A stretch of DNA of 64,000 nt from the human T2T-CHM13v2.0 reference genome, Homo sapiens (GCF_009914755.1 NC_060932.1), one strand, 5' to 3'. Shown: positions 15,506 to 31,731, numbered from the stretch's first letter. Notes: a model not told the origin generated them from the letters alone. Numbers and translations: made by a program.

Positions 15506-18500
15506 CCAGCTAGATTTTTTATCTTTTGTAGAGACAGGGTCTCAACCATGTTGCCCAGGCTGGTCTCAAACTCCAGGGTCCAAGCAATCCTCTTGCCTCA
15601 GGCTCCCAAAGTGCTGGGATTACAGGTGTGAGCCACTACAGCCGGATCAGTATTTTTAAATAACTGATTTTAGTCCCACCTGTAAACATCAGGGTACTAT
15701 TTGTCAGTCTCTCTCACCAGTGGCTCATCTGGGACGAGCTCTTAGTCTTGGGTGGTAAATCAGACTATTCTAGGTCACAGAGTCCTGAACTTAGTCACTT
15801 CAGCTGGACCCCAAATCAGCCTCGTCTGCTGGGAGCCATTTGGATCAATACCAGGCTCCTGAGAATTGTACGTCATATGGCACCTGATGGCTGTGACTCA
15901 CACCTCACCAAGGTATGACCTCGACATCACTCTCAGAGATCCCTGCCAGCCAGAAGCGGAAAATGGAAAGGCTGGAGAAATCTTGGGGTCACTTGAAACT
16001 TGCCTTACTACGGAGAACACAGGTCAAAGCCCTCTATAATTCCATTCCCATCATCATAAAAATATTTCAAAGTCCCAGCCAGCAGCTCCTCAAAAAGTGC
16101 TATTGACTTGCCTAAAACAAATCCGGTGCACAGAAATATCTCAGATTCCATAATGCCACACTCCTACCCGGAATCCTCAGTGGCCACCCAGAGCCCATGA
16201 CAGCAATCCCGAATTTCCTGGCCCAGCATTCGAGTCTCTTGAAAACTCAGGTCGCAAAGCAAAACGCCTACAGGACTAAGTGAAGAATGGAAAGTGACTG
16301 GACTGAGGCAAAAGGAAGCCCGGGGACCACAAGCCTGTCTCCTGTCCATAGGGGACAGCCTTCTCAGCTTGAGATGAACACCAGATCTGACTCTTTAAAA
16401 GAGCTGCAAATCCAGAGATTTTTCTGTATTTTTTCCCCCAATTTTTAAACACCTTTATGTAGTCCAAACTAGAACACATCCATATGCTTAAAACACTCCC
16501 TGGCCACCGGTTTACAACCTTTGCCCTATATGTGACCCCAGCCCACTTTAACAACTTGATTTCTCCCTAATCTCTAACAAGAACCCTCTGTTCTTCTCTC
16601 TCACACAATCATAGACTTTACACTTTCCTAACTCCAAGGCTTTGCCCACTCTATACCTCCCCACATCTGCAGCACCCTGAGACACCAAAAACAGTTCATC
16701 CCAGACTTCCTTCCTTGTCCCTAAACGTTTTTCCAAGCCACACCAGCACAGAACACGCCCCACTCCTCTGAACCCCACAGGTAGTTATTCTTTATGTTGG
16801 CATTTAATCATCTTGGCTTGCTCCTTAATCAAGGTGTCTCTCATCTTTCCAAAGAGACTGTAAGTCTTCCACCCTTCCTCATGCTTTCTTCCACCTTCAG
16901 TACTACAGTAGCTCTTCAAACAGCTTAATAAATACTCACTGAATGCGAAAACTCTCTATTTTTCAAACTGTGGGTTATGATCCATTAGAGAACGATTAGA
17001 TCAACTTAGTGGGAGACAAGAGGTTTTTAAATGAAAAATAATAGACTAGAAAATAGAAATGTCAGAGATGACACCAAGCAAAGGGAGGTAGGTACTTTAT
17101 GAACTTAGATTAGATTTTTATATACATGATTGTATGTACTAGGTCACGATGTAAATTTCATTTCTTAATGTAAGTCACAGTCAAAACAGTACAGACACTG
17201 CTTTACAATGAGTAAATTAGCTTGACCACTGCTTCATGCAATTATTCTTTGGACAATCAGACACACTCTATAAAGAAAAATATCTGATTCCCAAGTCCTC
17301 TTCTACTAGTTCACTGATCTTGCATTTCAGAGAAACAAGGAGGCTAAGTAACAGTAATTACATTCTCAGCTCATTCCACAACTTTTTGCAATCATCATTC
17401 AAATTCAGATGTTGCAAGTTGAGGCTTGGAGAATTTGTTCAGCAAATCACCCTGTGTCACCCTTGCAACATGAACAGAGCTCAAGAAAAAAAGCACCAGC
17501 TCCCCTCTACTTGCAGGGTGCCAGGCTCTGGTTGGAACAGCCCTGGGAATCACAATATCCCTAGGGCTAATGTCTTCCTGCCTCACTCTCTCTCTCCTAC
17601 CCTCCAACCCTCCACCCCAGAAAAGTTCAAAATGTTTCAAAGCCCAGCAATTTACTGTCTTTAGCAAATCCCATTCTACACCGTTCTAACCTCCAATCCA
17701 CCCTCGAGATTAGAAGAATCAACAGCCCATACTCCTCAGGGCCCAATTGCCCACAGTTGCTTTTCCAACTTCAGGTTCAGAACCGAGCAATGTCATGTGA
17801 ATGGCAGTGCAGCAGAGGGAAACAGAAGCCCCTCGGTTCAGGCCTTGAGTACCACTCAAAGGCATCCTCCGCTGCCCCCCTATTACCAGCAGCCTCCCCA
17901 CTTCTCTGAGCCCCTTCCCTCTCCCGGCATCTGTAGCCTCTGCAACACTGTCCCCCCTGGGCTCCCCCATCTCAGAGCCATAGCTGCTTGCAGGACACTA
18001 ACATCTGGATATCTTAGCAGCCACAAGAAACTTCTCTATAGCCTGAGTAGCCAATTCCTTCTCTCCAAAATACACATTTCCGATTTCTCAAGTTACCAAC
18101 TACAGCAGCTCCAAGGCCCTGGCGTTGAATCAATTTCCACCAAGAATTAATTTCCATTCATCTCATCCCTTCACCCTGCCCTGTAAACAGATTATTTCAA
18201 CAGTAATGTTTCTCAAACCCACCTTTTTCACTTCCAGTGATCCCAGTGCAAACTCTGGCCACCCTGCAACTCCAACAGCCTGCTCACTGATGTGTCCCCC
18301 TAACACAACTTTCCAAAACCCTTCCATTACAGTTGTTCATTACACCATTCCCTCACTCGAAAACCCTGAATGTCTCCTTAGGACACACAGGGTGGCATGC
18401 AATCACCAAAAGGGCTAAGACTTTCACAATCTCAACCATTGTTCCTCTCCACCTCTATCTCCTACTGTTCAGGATACATTCCCTGGTATGGCTAAGGACA

Positions 18501-20170
18501 TCTCCTTGTCTCTCTGGAAAGCCATGTTCATTCCCACCTCACAGCCTATCTCAACAGCGTCAGCCTCCAGTCCTGGTGACTGATCCCTGCCCACAACTCC
18601 CTTCTCTGACTCCAACAGAACTATTTCTGCACCTCGCACTTTGACAGTTACCATTCCCTCTCTTGGCGTCTGATTTCACATGCTGACATCCTTCTGTCCC
18701 CTCTATGAGGGCAGAAGCCCTGGAGGGAGGGAATCATCTCTTACACCTTCTGTCTCCTCTCTCCCCGAGACAGGTATGAGCCTCTGCTCCTCTGCTCCAC
18801 TTTGTAAATTATCCCACCTGTTACTTTCTTCTCCTCTTGTCTTTGGGCCCTACGGGTGAGTTACTCTCCACAGGCATAATTTACTTCAAAACTTAGTACT
18901 CCAAGTCCCTTCCCCAATCTCGTTTTTCCTTTATCTGATATACTCCCTCTCCAGCATCTCCACTAACTCAGGCAGCCACTGCACATTAACTTGAACGTAA
19001 ACTCCTAAATCACTTCCACCTAGTCCTAGGCTTCCTGAAGCCTGGGGTCTCTTCGGTGCCTCTCCCACCTCCCAGAGGGCCTGGCACCGTGCTGAGAGCA
19101 CAGCAGCTCCCTGACAGGACCTGTGGAGTTGAACTTAATGGCCATGTTTCCCTGTGTTTCGAGGTGTTTGCGACCAGGTGCTTCTGTTTACACAACGCCT
19201 AGGGAGGGTGTCAAGAAGGCCTTAGATACCTGTGGATCACTCACTTTGAAGCAAAACCCCCAGGTGTACCTTTCTAGAAAGGGGGTTCTAAGAAAAGCAG
19301 CGCCGGCCTGCAGGAATCCCCCGCGCCTGGTAGCCTGGCATCATGGGAACGCCTGCCCGGTGGAAGTCCTCCAAGGCCACAGGGAGCTGGCCAGGGCTGC
19401 CCAAAACCGGGAGGCGGCGGCGGCCCCCCTTCCCGCTGGCCAGGTGGGCTTCTTTAGGTCTCTGAGTCAGTTCCAAAGTGAAGGCGCTGAGCCCTGCACT
19501 CCCAGGCAGGGAAGAAAACGCTGCCTTGGAAATTGTTTGCACAAGACAAACTCCCTGTGCAGCCCCGCCCCCCCCCCCCGGGCACCCGCGTGAGCCCACG
19601 GTGCCACCGCCGGGGAGGGCCAGGGGCGCGGGCGGAGGCGGGACCGGGCGAGAGCGTGCGGGCAGAGGGGGCGGTGGCCGCCAGGGCGGGAGGGACGCGG
19701 GTCGCCCGCGGGCGGAGGGTGTGTCCCTCTGTCCCGCCCGTCCCGCAGCCTGGCCTCGCGCGCCGGCCGGAGTGGGCAGGAACCGGCAGAAACGCGCGGG
19801 GCGCGGGAGGGCCGGGCGCGGGAGGGCCGGGCGGGCGGCCCCGCCGGAAAGGGCCGGGGAGGGGCAGGCGGGCCGGTCCCTGTCCCTGCGAGGGGCGAGT
19901 CCCGACTGCCCGAAGTCGGGAGGGGGCTCCGAGAGTGGGGGCGCCGGCGGAGGGCGAGGTAAACAAGGCGACGCGCGGGAGCGGCAGCCACCCCGCCCGC
20001 CACCCCGGCCCTGCCGCAGCGTCCCGCGCCCCGCCCGCCGCGGCCCCGGCCTCCCAGACCCCCGGACCCCCCAGGCCGCCGGCCCGACAGCCGCGGGCGC
20101 GCGGGGCGTGGGAAGTTCGCGGCCGCCCCCGTCCCCGGCTGCCGCGCCGCTAGGTCCCCGCGCAGCTCAC

Positions 20171-20300
20171 CTCGGCCCGCCACGAGCGGCAGCACGCGCC
20201 CGGCTTCCCCGGCTCGGACGGCTCGGCTCGGACGGCTAGCTCAGCTCCGGGCTGCAGCGGCCGCGGCCCTGCCCGCCCTCCCGGCGCGGCCCGCGGCCCG
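20171..20300 (-). other. ZNF395: ZNF395 alternative non-coding first exon
   Basis: Strong minus-strand donor GCCGAG|GTGAGC at 20171/20170 inside the CpG island. The exon carries a CCGTCCGAGCCGAGCCGTCCGAGCC repeat. Its 5' boundary is estimated. Confidence 0.6.
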
Positions 20301-20559
20301 GCTCCGCTCCGGCCGCCCGCCGAGGCTCGGTTGGCGCCCACCTGGCCGGCCTGCCCTCCTCCCCGGGACACTGCGCTCACGTACGCGGCCGCGGCCACAA
20401 CCCGGCCCGGATTCCCGCCCGGGAAGGGAGCGGAGCAGCACGCCAGCCCCTGCCAGCCGGCGCCCAGCGGCGACACTCGGGACACACCCCCGCCCGCCCC
20501 CCGCGCCTCCGCGCCCCCGCACCCGCCCAGCACGCCCCCAGCGCGCCTGGGCTACACAC

Positions 20560-20627
20560 CCCCGGCCGCCCGTAGACAGTCGGCGCTCAATAAGTGCCCG
20601 AGCGACTCCTCGCGCACATGCGCACTT
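20560..20627 (-). other. ZNF395: ZNF395 non-coding first exon (5' UTR, ~68 nt)
   Basis: Minus strand reads AAGTGCGCATGTGCGCGAGGAGTCGCTCGGGCACTTATTGAGCGCCGACTGTCTACGGGCGGCCGGGG|GTGTGT. This matches my recall of the ZNF395/PBF mRNA 5' end. It lies in a CpG island ~42 kb beyond the FBXO16 3' end, the known gene order. The TSS position is approximate. Confidence 0.8.
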
Positions 20628-21664
20628 GAACCTGACCGAGTGGTGACCCCCCCCCCCCCCACACACACACACACCCCGCCCCGCCCCTCGATCGGAACCG
20701 GCAGCTGCAGCCCGGAGCCAAACTTGAGGCTTGGCTTTTCGCACCGAGCCAAAGTTTCTCTCGCTGTTGTTTTTCCAGGCCTGCCTCTGGGACAGGCTCC
20801 TCCGAGAGGGGCCGGGCTCGACCCAGGGCGGGAAGGGAGCCAGACAGCTGGGGCGCCGCGGACGGGAGCTCGGCTGGGGCCTGGGGGACCCAGGCGGCGC
20901 AGCCCCAGCCGCCCCAAGCGCCCATGCCCGCGCTAGTGGGAGGAGGCTGGAAAGCGCCTTCCCATTTTCCTTTGGACTCAATGTTTTCTTCCCCATTTCA
21001 TGACATCTCACTCCTCTGTCGGTGTAAAGTGAGGCGTTATTTACTGTTGCTGGAATTAAATGGGAGAAAGTTAACTGTTAGCCTTCAATCCTTACGTAAA
21101 CAAGACCGGTTGCTTTTGGCACCGTTAGGCTCTGGCTTTTGGATAATTTGTAACAAGGAGAATTGAAGTTGTTCCATTGTGTTGTTCTGTGTTTTTCAGA
21201 GATAAGACCAGCGCCACAACGGTAGTGAGGGGGCCCCGTGTCTATATATGTGTGGGCATCAATATTTCTATTCAAGCGAATTTAATGACTCCAAAGGTAG
21301 TAATTCCTTTCCCCCAAAAAACGTTTTAAAATCTGTGTTGGACATAATGTTTGAATTTGCAGTTCACCTTGGGTTTAAGGTGTGCTGTTTTTCTGGCAAA
21401 GAGTCAGTGGGAGTGTCCGGGAAAAGGGCTAAAGTCTTTGTAGTCAGACAAACCGGCTTGCAGTCCTGACTGAGCTACATTCACTTTATGATCTCCAGCA
21501 GGTTCTTCCACTCTCTGTACCCCAGCTTCTTCATCTGCCCCAAGATGGAATAACATAGATAAGTGTGTCTAGCTCATAGCAAATAAGTATTATTTCCCTT
21601 CCTCCATCTCCCACCATTTGTGAAATAAGAACATTATCTAACTAGAACCAAAATTTCTATAGGA

Positions 21665-21866
21665 CACTGGTTCTCAGCTGGGGGTGATGAGACAGCAATG
21701 TCTGGAGACGTTTTTGATTGTCACAATTGGGAGAGGGGTGCTACTGACATCTGATGAGTAAAGGCCAAGGAGGCTGCTAAACATCCTACTGTGCACAGGA
21801 CAGCCCCCCACAACAAAGAATTGTATAGTCCAAAAAAATGCTGGTATTGCCATTGAGAAGTCCCGC
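21665..21866. mobile_element. MER20 DNA transposon
   Basis: GGTTCTCA..CAATGTCTGGAGACGTTTTTGATTGTCACAA..GCTGCTAAACATCCTAC..GCACAGGACAGCCCCCCACAACAAAGAATT. Confidence 0.85.
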
Positions 21867-23861
21867 TATAGAATAATCCTGCTACCCAGTAATTCAGCAA
21901 AGACTGGTTCTACCCTTTAACTCTCACCCTTAAGGAAACATTTCTGGTTTGCACTAAGAAGAGGAACAAAACGTTGTGGGGATCACCTCAATTACATTAA
22001 TATGAAAATGCAGACTGAAATTTTATATTTAATTATTCAAGGAATATTTAGGCCATGCAAGGTGGCTCATGCCTGTAATCCTATCACTTTGGGAGGCCGA
22101 TGTGGGAGGTTCACTGGAGGCCAGGAGTTCGAGACCAGCCTGGGCAACAGCAAGACCTCTTCTCTCCAAAAAAAATGAATAGTTTTGTTAGTTAACAATG
22201 TATCCTCTCTTATTTTTAAGGTATTTTTGTATGTTACATGTTACTACAGTTCATGAATAGTTTTATGTTCTTGTTTCCATTTTTCTTCAAACAGTGGGTG
22301 TTTACTTACTTCTATATATTTACCTCTCTGCTAAATTCCTCACCTATCCTGAGGTTTGTAATATAGTCCCTGCCCCCAAGGACTATACAGCCTCTGAGGA
22401 AGTGGATTAATGCACATGCAACAATTAGGGAACAATACAAGATAACATATAATTATGCTCTAATTGCAACACCCAGAGTAAAGTGGTTCAGAGAAAAGGG
22501 AAATGAGTCCGGCAGCAAAAGCCAAGGGCTTGCCTTTGAGACTAAGGTGTTCAGGAAATGTTTATTGAGTGAAATGAAATAGTGAATGTTTCTTACATGA
22601 GGTAGGACTAGTATGTAAACTCCATAACAGGATTTAAACTGCTAGGATTCATCAATGGATGTTGGTGTCTGGTTGTGAATTTATTCTTTCGTTTTTGTTT
22701 GTTTGTTTTTGAGACAGGGCCTCACTCTGTCACTGAGGCTGGAGTGCAGTGGCGGATTACAGGTCACTACAGCCTTAATGTCCTGGGCTTAAACGATCCT
22801 CCCACCTCAGCCTCCTAAGTAGGTGGGACTATGAGCGTGCACCACCATGCCCAGCTAACTTTTTTATTTTTTGAGAGACAGGGTCTCACTATGTTGCCCA
22901 GGCTGGTTTCTAACTCCTGGGTTCAAGCAATCCTCTGGCCTCAGCCTCCCAAAGTGCTGGGATTATAGACCTGAGCCACTGTGCCCAGCCAATTTATTCT
23001 TCCTAAAACATCTAGTTTAAGCTTTTAACCACACCTATATATTTCTTTAAATGATTGCACTTTAATAAAACCAAAACACTCATTCGTTTGACAAATACAT
23101 GAGTGCGTCTTACGTGCAAAGTGAGCCAAAATAGTCTCTACATTTCAACAGAATTGTTCTGTTTGAGAACTTGTTATGTTTGAGACTGTGTCTTGCAAAC
23201 ACAGGCCTTCAAAGGACATATGCTCTCTCTCTGCATAAATTGGATGCATATCTCTTTACTGCAGGTAGGTACTTGCACAGTATGCATTCCAGAGTTTTGC
23301 ACATTAACACAGATGTAGAGAAATCATCCCAATACAAACATCCATTCCCAACACACACAGCGCTCAGCACCTTCACACAGAATCCAGGCCCTGACCTGAA
23401 TACACAGTGCACAACACTCACATTACACAAAGCAAGACGTACTTACAAAGACAATCACTTTTTGGTTTCCAGTCTCATTCCCTCTTCTTCCCCCTTCCCC
23501 TATAAATGACTAAGGCTTGCCCTTCCTGGGGGACTGTCCCATCTCAGAACTGCCCTTCACCCTGCTTTCTCCCACACCCTGTTAAAATGTAGGCAGGCTG
23601 GGTATATTGGCTCATGCCCATAATCCCAGCACTGTGGGAAGTTGAGGCAGTAGGATCACTTGAGGCCAGGAGTTCCAAGACCAGCCTGGGAAACACAGGG
23701 AAACCCTGTCTTTACAAAAAAAATTTACAAATTAGCTAGGCATGGTGGCACATGCCTCTAGTCCCAGCTACCTGGAGGCTGAGGTGGAAGGATCACTTGA
23801 GCCCAGAAGTTGGAGGCTGCAGTGGGCTATGACTGAAACCACTGCACTCCAGCCTGGGTAA

Positions 23862-24062
<201 letters not shown>

Positions 24063-24259
24063 TAATTAGCTCTTTGGAGAGTGTCTCCCACTAGCTGAGA
24101 TTAAGCACAGCAGACGCAGGTCCCACCTCCCTTCCCTGCTTCATATGCTATGGACTCATTTATAGGTGCTATTTTAGAGCAGTAAGAGTCTGAGATTGCC
24201 ACCCTCCCAACTCCCGGATGCAACTGCTTCCAGGCTTGCCTCCCCACAATCCACTCTAT

Positions 24260-26535
24260 TTCCTCAACCTCTTGCCTCTGCTTAAAACTCCTCAAAAGCT
24301 TTTAATGGCTTTGATAATAAAGTCCCAACATTGCACATTAAGGTCCTTCATGGTGTGCCTTCCAGTGACATCTCCAGCCTCTACCTGCCCCTCTGCCTCT
24401 ACCCCTCACATGGCACTCCAGATGCCCAACTGATCTTCTGTTCTTTGCCTGAACAGACTTTCTCTGCTTGTTACATGCCGTTTTCTCTGCCTAGAACACT
24501 CTCTACCCTACCCTTTGACCTCTTTACTTGGCTATCTCTGCTCATCCTTCAGGGGTCAACCTAGATAGCATTTTCTCTGAAATGCTTTCATGGGCCTCCA
24601 AGACTGGAACTAGGTGCCCCTCCCATGTGTCCAAAGCACTGTGACTCATTGCACTGAAATCTCCATTTTCTTGTCCCAATGCCTCAAAAGACTAAATATT
24701 TTGTGAGTACAGGGAGTATGTCCTGTTTTCCATTGTATACCCAATACCTAGTACAGTGGCTGGCATGTAGTAGGCACTTTTCTTTGAGTGTGAAATAGGG
24801 CTTCACTCTGTCACCATCATAGCTCACTGCAGCCTCCAAATTATGGGCTCAACCAATCCTCCTGCCTCAGCCTCTGGGTAGCTGGGACTACAGGCACATG
24901 CCAGCACACCCAGCTAATGTTTTACAAAAATTTTTGTAGAGACAGTATCACTATGTTGCCCAGGTCTTGAACTCCTGGGCTCAAGTGTTCCTCCCACCTC
25001 GGCCTCCCAAAGTGTTGGGATTACAGTCATGAGCCACCACACCTGGCCTGTAGTAGGTACTTAATAAACATTTGTTAATAAATGAATAGCCGGTTGCATA
25101 TGGGGGACAGATTAGAGTTATTCCATGGTGCAGGTGATCCCTGCTTCAAAGCATGCCTCAGATGCTCAGTAGATTCCTGGGATACTGAAGACCTCTTGCC
25201 CATATATTTAGAGCAGATGAGGCCAACAGAATGAACTGAGGCTTCAGGCTCCACCAGAGGCTTGATTTATACCTTACTTGGTTTCCTGAGCTGCAGACTC
25301 TTAAAACCAGTTACCTACTTAGCATCTCCACTTGGATGTCTAATCAGATCTCAAATGTACCGTGTCCAAAACCAGACTTCTGATTTCCCTTTAAAATCTG
25401 CTCCTTCCCATTTCAGTAAATTGCAGTTCCCTTCTTCTAGTTGCTCAGGAAACAAACAAACAAAAACTTGGAATCATCCTTAACTCCTTTTTTATTATTA
25501 TTTTTTTATTTTCTTATACTCCATATCTAATCCATCAGAAAATCCCATTGGTTCTAGTGAAATACATCCAGAATTAATTAATGTTCCAGCATTTCCAGCA
25601 CAACTTCCCTGGTCCAGCCACCATCTCTCTAGCCTGGCCTTCCACAATGGGCTCCCCCTGGTCTCCGTGCTTTCTCTATTGCCTTTCTAAAAGTCTATTC
25701 AACATCCCAGAAGCCACAAAGATTCTTTTGAAACATAAGTCAGGCTGGGCGCAGTGGCTCACACCTGTAATCCCAACATTTTGGGAGGCCGAGGCGGGTG
25801 AATCACTTGAGGCCAGGAGTTCGAGACCAGCCTGGGCAACAAGGTGAAACCCCATCTCTACTAAAAATACAAAAATTAGCCGGGCATGGTGGTGCACGCC
25901 TGTAATCCCAGCTACTCAGGAGGCTGAGGCAGGAGAATTGCTTGAAACCGGGAGGCAGAAGTTTCAGTGAGCCAAGATCGTGCACTGCACTCCAGCCTGG
26001 GTGACAGAGTGAGACTCTGTCTCAAAAAAAAAAAAAACCTAAGTCAGATCATATCACTCTTCTGCTCAAAACTCCAACAGCTTCCCATGTCACTCACTGC
26101 AAGACCCTACATGATCTTTGTCCCAATCAGCTCTCGAGTCCTACCACCCCACCGCTCTTCCCTGGCTCCTGAAGTTCCAGCCACACTGGCCCCCTTACTC
26201 TTCCTCAACCCCACTCCTAACTCAGCCTTTCCAAGGCTGTTCCTTGAGCTGGAATGATCTTCTTCCAGATACCCATGGAACTTGTTCCATCATTTGATTC
26301 AGGTCCTGCTCCAATGCACTCATTGTAAGATACATAACTATAATACCACCACTGAACTGCCCCTTTGCCTGGCCTTTTTTCTCTTATTTGCACTCATGAC
26401 TGCCTGATAGTCCGTCTCATCCACTCAACTACAAATTCAATGACAGTAGAGACTTTGCTTTTACTTACTGCTATATCCGCAGCTTCTAGAATAGTGTCTG
26501 GCATATAGCAGACACTCAATAAATAATCATGAATC
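24260..26535 (+). mobile_element. L2 LINE fragments (two 3' ends) with Alu insertions
   Basis: L2 3' termini GTAGGTACTTAATAAACATTTGTTAATAAATGAAT (~25.05-25.09 kb) and CACTCAATAAATAATCATGAAT (~26.52 kb); CATCTCCACTTGGATGTCTAA body motif. Confidence 0.7.
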
Positions 26536-26682
26536 AAGGGTCTGGTTAGACTTCCAAAAAGTTGCCCATCAGGATGCCAGATACTAAATTCTTCGCCGCT
26601 ATGCTTCTCATTCACTTAGACTAGGGACCACATTACCTCTGTGATCCACAGTTCTTTTTTGAGACAGCCTTGCTCTGTCTAA

Positions 26683-27116
<434 letters not shown>

Positions 27117-28822
27117 GTGCCTGGCTAATTTTTGTATTTTTAGTAGAGACGGGTTTTCGCCATGTTGGCCAGGCTGGTCTCGAACTCCTGGCCTCAAGTG
27201 ATCCACCCGCCTCGGCCCCCACAAAGTGCTGAGATTACCGTCTGAGCCACAACACCTGGCTCGTGAGCCACAGTTCTAAACAAAGCTTTCATACCACAAT
27301 CTCAAACCATGCTGTGAGTTTCAAATGAAAAGAATAATACTATTAATGTTGCATCTGTGGCATACTTTGTGCTTTTCTTTTGATTGAAGAAATTACAATG
27401 TATCTTAGTGGACAAAAACAGGCCCAGCACCCACTGGAAGTATTTTCACTCTAAGAAGCACAAGAGTCAGGAATTTTAAGAGAAAGTGGTGGGGCAAGTG
27501 TGCCCTGGGGCCAATAGCATCTTCTCTCTAATCTACTCAATCTGTAAGGCTTTTCTGGACGAAGTGGGCTTTGCATTCCATTGAAGAGAAAGGATGGATA
27601 GGTTGCAAATAGGTGTTCAAAGGCTAAGGGTATCCCTCAAATTTCTTGCTTTGATCTGCACAGTGACATTTTCACACCAAGACCCCATATGTGTAAAGAT
27701 GGCCACGTGTACACCCAAACACATAAACACCCAGATCTGTGTCTCCTTCCTCCTATCTCTGAAACTCAGTGAATTTGAGCAAATGTCCATATTCAAAAAG
27801 GGGGAAAATGAACTGGCTTTGGGAACAGGGAACATAAGGCCCTATGACTCTTGGTATGAAGGAATGTGTAAGCCTGGGCAGGCTCAGTGTACACATCTGG
27901 TTTTTCCCTTTTATGCTTCTGTGGTTTCTATGACACAGGAAATCCATTCTGGAACAACCCTGTCTGCTTTCTAGTGAGTGCATTAAAAGTGGGGATTAAA
28001 ATTATGTTTATCTCACTGCTCAGGCCATGATGATAAAATCCAGAACAGAACCATTTTGGGGGTGAATCAGCTGAGGCTTCATCCTACCTTGTGGCCCCAG
28101 GGAGGAGCTCGTAACTAAGACGGGAGGAGTGGGAAGCCAAGGAAAAGATTTATGCACAGGTTAAAGAATATCTAGACATGGCCAGCCACAGTGGCTCATG
28201 CCCGAAATCCCATCACTTCGGGAGGTTGAGGCGGGCAGATCACTTGAGGTCAGGAGTTTGAGACCATCCTGGCCAACCTGGCAAAACCCTGTCTCTACTA
28301 AAAATATAAAAATTAGCCAGACGTGATGGCACATGCCTGTAGTCCCATCTACTCAGCAGGCTGAGGCAGGAGAATGGCTTGAACCCAGGAGGCAGAGGCT
28401 GCAGTAAGCTGAGATTGTGACACTGCACTCTAGCCTGGGCAATAGAGTGAGATTCCATCTCAAAAAAAAAAAGAAAAGAAAAAAGAAAAACAAAATCTAG
28501 ACCTGGCTCTCCCTCTGAAGCAGACCAGGTCCAGGAACATACCACATGGTGAAAACACCAATTCAGCTCAACTCAACAGACAGAATTTGAGTAGTCCCCA
28601 ATCTCACTGGGAGACCCTCTCCCTTAGGGTACCACACTACAGCCTCTGCAGGAATACTCTTCTCATAGAAGGTTCTTAACAGAGGCTAAATTCAGTGGCC
28701 AGTTTTTCCCACTCACAAGGGAGATAACAGAGCTGTGAAAGAAATAAATAACATTAAATGGCCGGGCACGGTGGCTCACACCTGTAATCCTAGCACTTTG
28801 GGAGGCTGAGGCGGGTGAATCA

Positions 28823-29089
<267 letters not shown>

Positions 29090-29396
29090 CTATATGGCAG
29101 AGCACCGAGAACCTTAGACTTACAAGATGACCCCGAGGAGAAGCCTGAAGTTATCTGACCCCTTGGATAACAAATGGTACCAGAGAAACTGATTGGGGGC
29201 TCCCAAAAGAGAAGGAGGAGAGATACAGCAGAAGTAAAATAGCCAATAAGAAGCTAAGAATTGGACCGGGTGTGGTGGCTCACACCTGTAATCCCAGCAC
29301 TTTGGGAGGCGGTGGGCAGATCACTTGAGATGAGTAGTTCGAGACCAGCCTGGCCAACATGGTGAAACCCTGTCTCTACTAAAAATGCAAAAATTA

Positions 29397-29621
<225 letters not shown>

Positions 29622-29625
29622 TTAG

Positions 29626-29964
<339 letters not shown>

Positions 29965-30042
29965 TTAGCTGGACATGGTCATATATGCCTGTGGTCCCAG
30001 CTACTTGGGAGGCTGAGGTGGGAAGCTGAGGTGGGAGGATCA

Positions 30043-30141
<99 letters not shown>

Positions 30142-30783
30142 TTATTTTTCTGCAGTGTGTTTATTGTCACATAACTTTGCTCTTAAGGACCACTTTCGTC
30201 CCTTGGCAGTATCACCCCTAGCCCTCCACAGAAGGGGGCTGGTGGCCTTTTCTTCAGTGAACTTACCAGAGTTTCATTTTGGTTCAGCTGTTAAACATCA
30301 TCATCTCTCAAATATATTCCATTCTGGTCGCCAGCCCCACATGAGCATTCCATCCTTCTTCCTTATCCTTCTATAGCAGCAAACTGCCGCCCAAGGCAGA
30401 TGTGCCTTCTGCAACCCAGCCTGCCCAGATGGTCAAGAATGGCCCAGATCTTGAGACAATCATCACGCAGAAATATCACAGATCTTGACAAAGCGCACAG
30501 GGTGATCCTGCATACTGTGGAATGGCAAAGCCATGAAGCATTGGGAAACACTAATAATAATTATTATATGTAATTATTATTATTATTATTTGCACAGGGC
30601 CACAACAGCAATGTGCTAACGAACCATTGCCCAGGATGTGGGGTTGGTCAACTGAACAACCTCTTGACAAGCAAAATGAAAAGATTAAAAAACAAAAGTC
30701 CGTAACCCCATATGCCAATCAGATAAAACCCCAAATATAAAAGGCTGTTTCTAAAAGCATTTTAAATGGTGCCAATCATTTTA

Positions 30784-31334
<551 letters not shown>

Positions 31335-31373
31335 CTAACACCTAGATTCTCCTTCCAGTTTAATTTTTCTAAG

Positions 31374-31731
31374 TGCTATGTTTTGAATGTGTCCCCCAAA
31401 GTTCACTTGATCACCAGTGCAGCAGTGTAGGGAGGTGGGGGCTAATGGAAGATGTTTGGGTCATAGCGCACCATCCTCCTGAATGGATTAATGCCCTTAT
31501 TATGACAGTGGGTTCCTTATAAAAGGATGAGTTCAGCCTCTCTTACTCTCTCTCTTGCCCTCTCTTTGCCCTTCCACCATGTTGTGACATAGCAAGAAGG
31601 TCCCTGCAAGATGCCCACACCTTGATTTTGGACTTCCCAACCTCCAGAACTGTGAGGAAATAAATTTCTGTTCATTATAAATCACCCAGTCTGTGGTATT
31701 CCTTTACAACAACACAAAACAGACTAAGACA
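31374..31731 (+). mobile_element. MaLR solo LTR (MST family)
   Basis: TGCTATGTTTTGAATGTGTCCCCCAAAG ... AATAAATTTCTGTTC ... AGACTAAGACA, with 5-bp TSD CTAAG/CCAAG. Confidence 0.85.

Larger units (their letters stand above)
19300..20950. promoter_or_regulatory. ZNF395: CpG island, ZNF395 main promoter
   Basis: Very GC/CpG-rich with GC boxes. Contains an NRF1-like GCGCACATGCGCA (20612-20624), HRE TACGTG on minus (20378-20383) and forkhead GTAAACA (19959-19965). Confidence 0.9.

Noticed and set aside
19301-20462. GCCGGCG motifs (reported ZNF395/HDBP2 element) suggesting autoregulation
   Set aside because: A handful of copies is expected by chance in such GC/CpG-rich sequence, and they show no regular spacing.
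19454-21011. Many 120-256 aa overlapping ORFs on both strands
   Set aside because: Stop-poor GC-rich CpG island giving Gly/Ala/Pro/Arg low-complexity translations in all frames. The ZNF395 first exons are non-coding.
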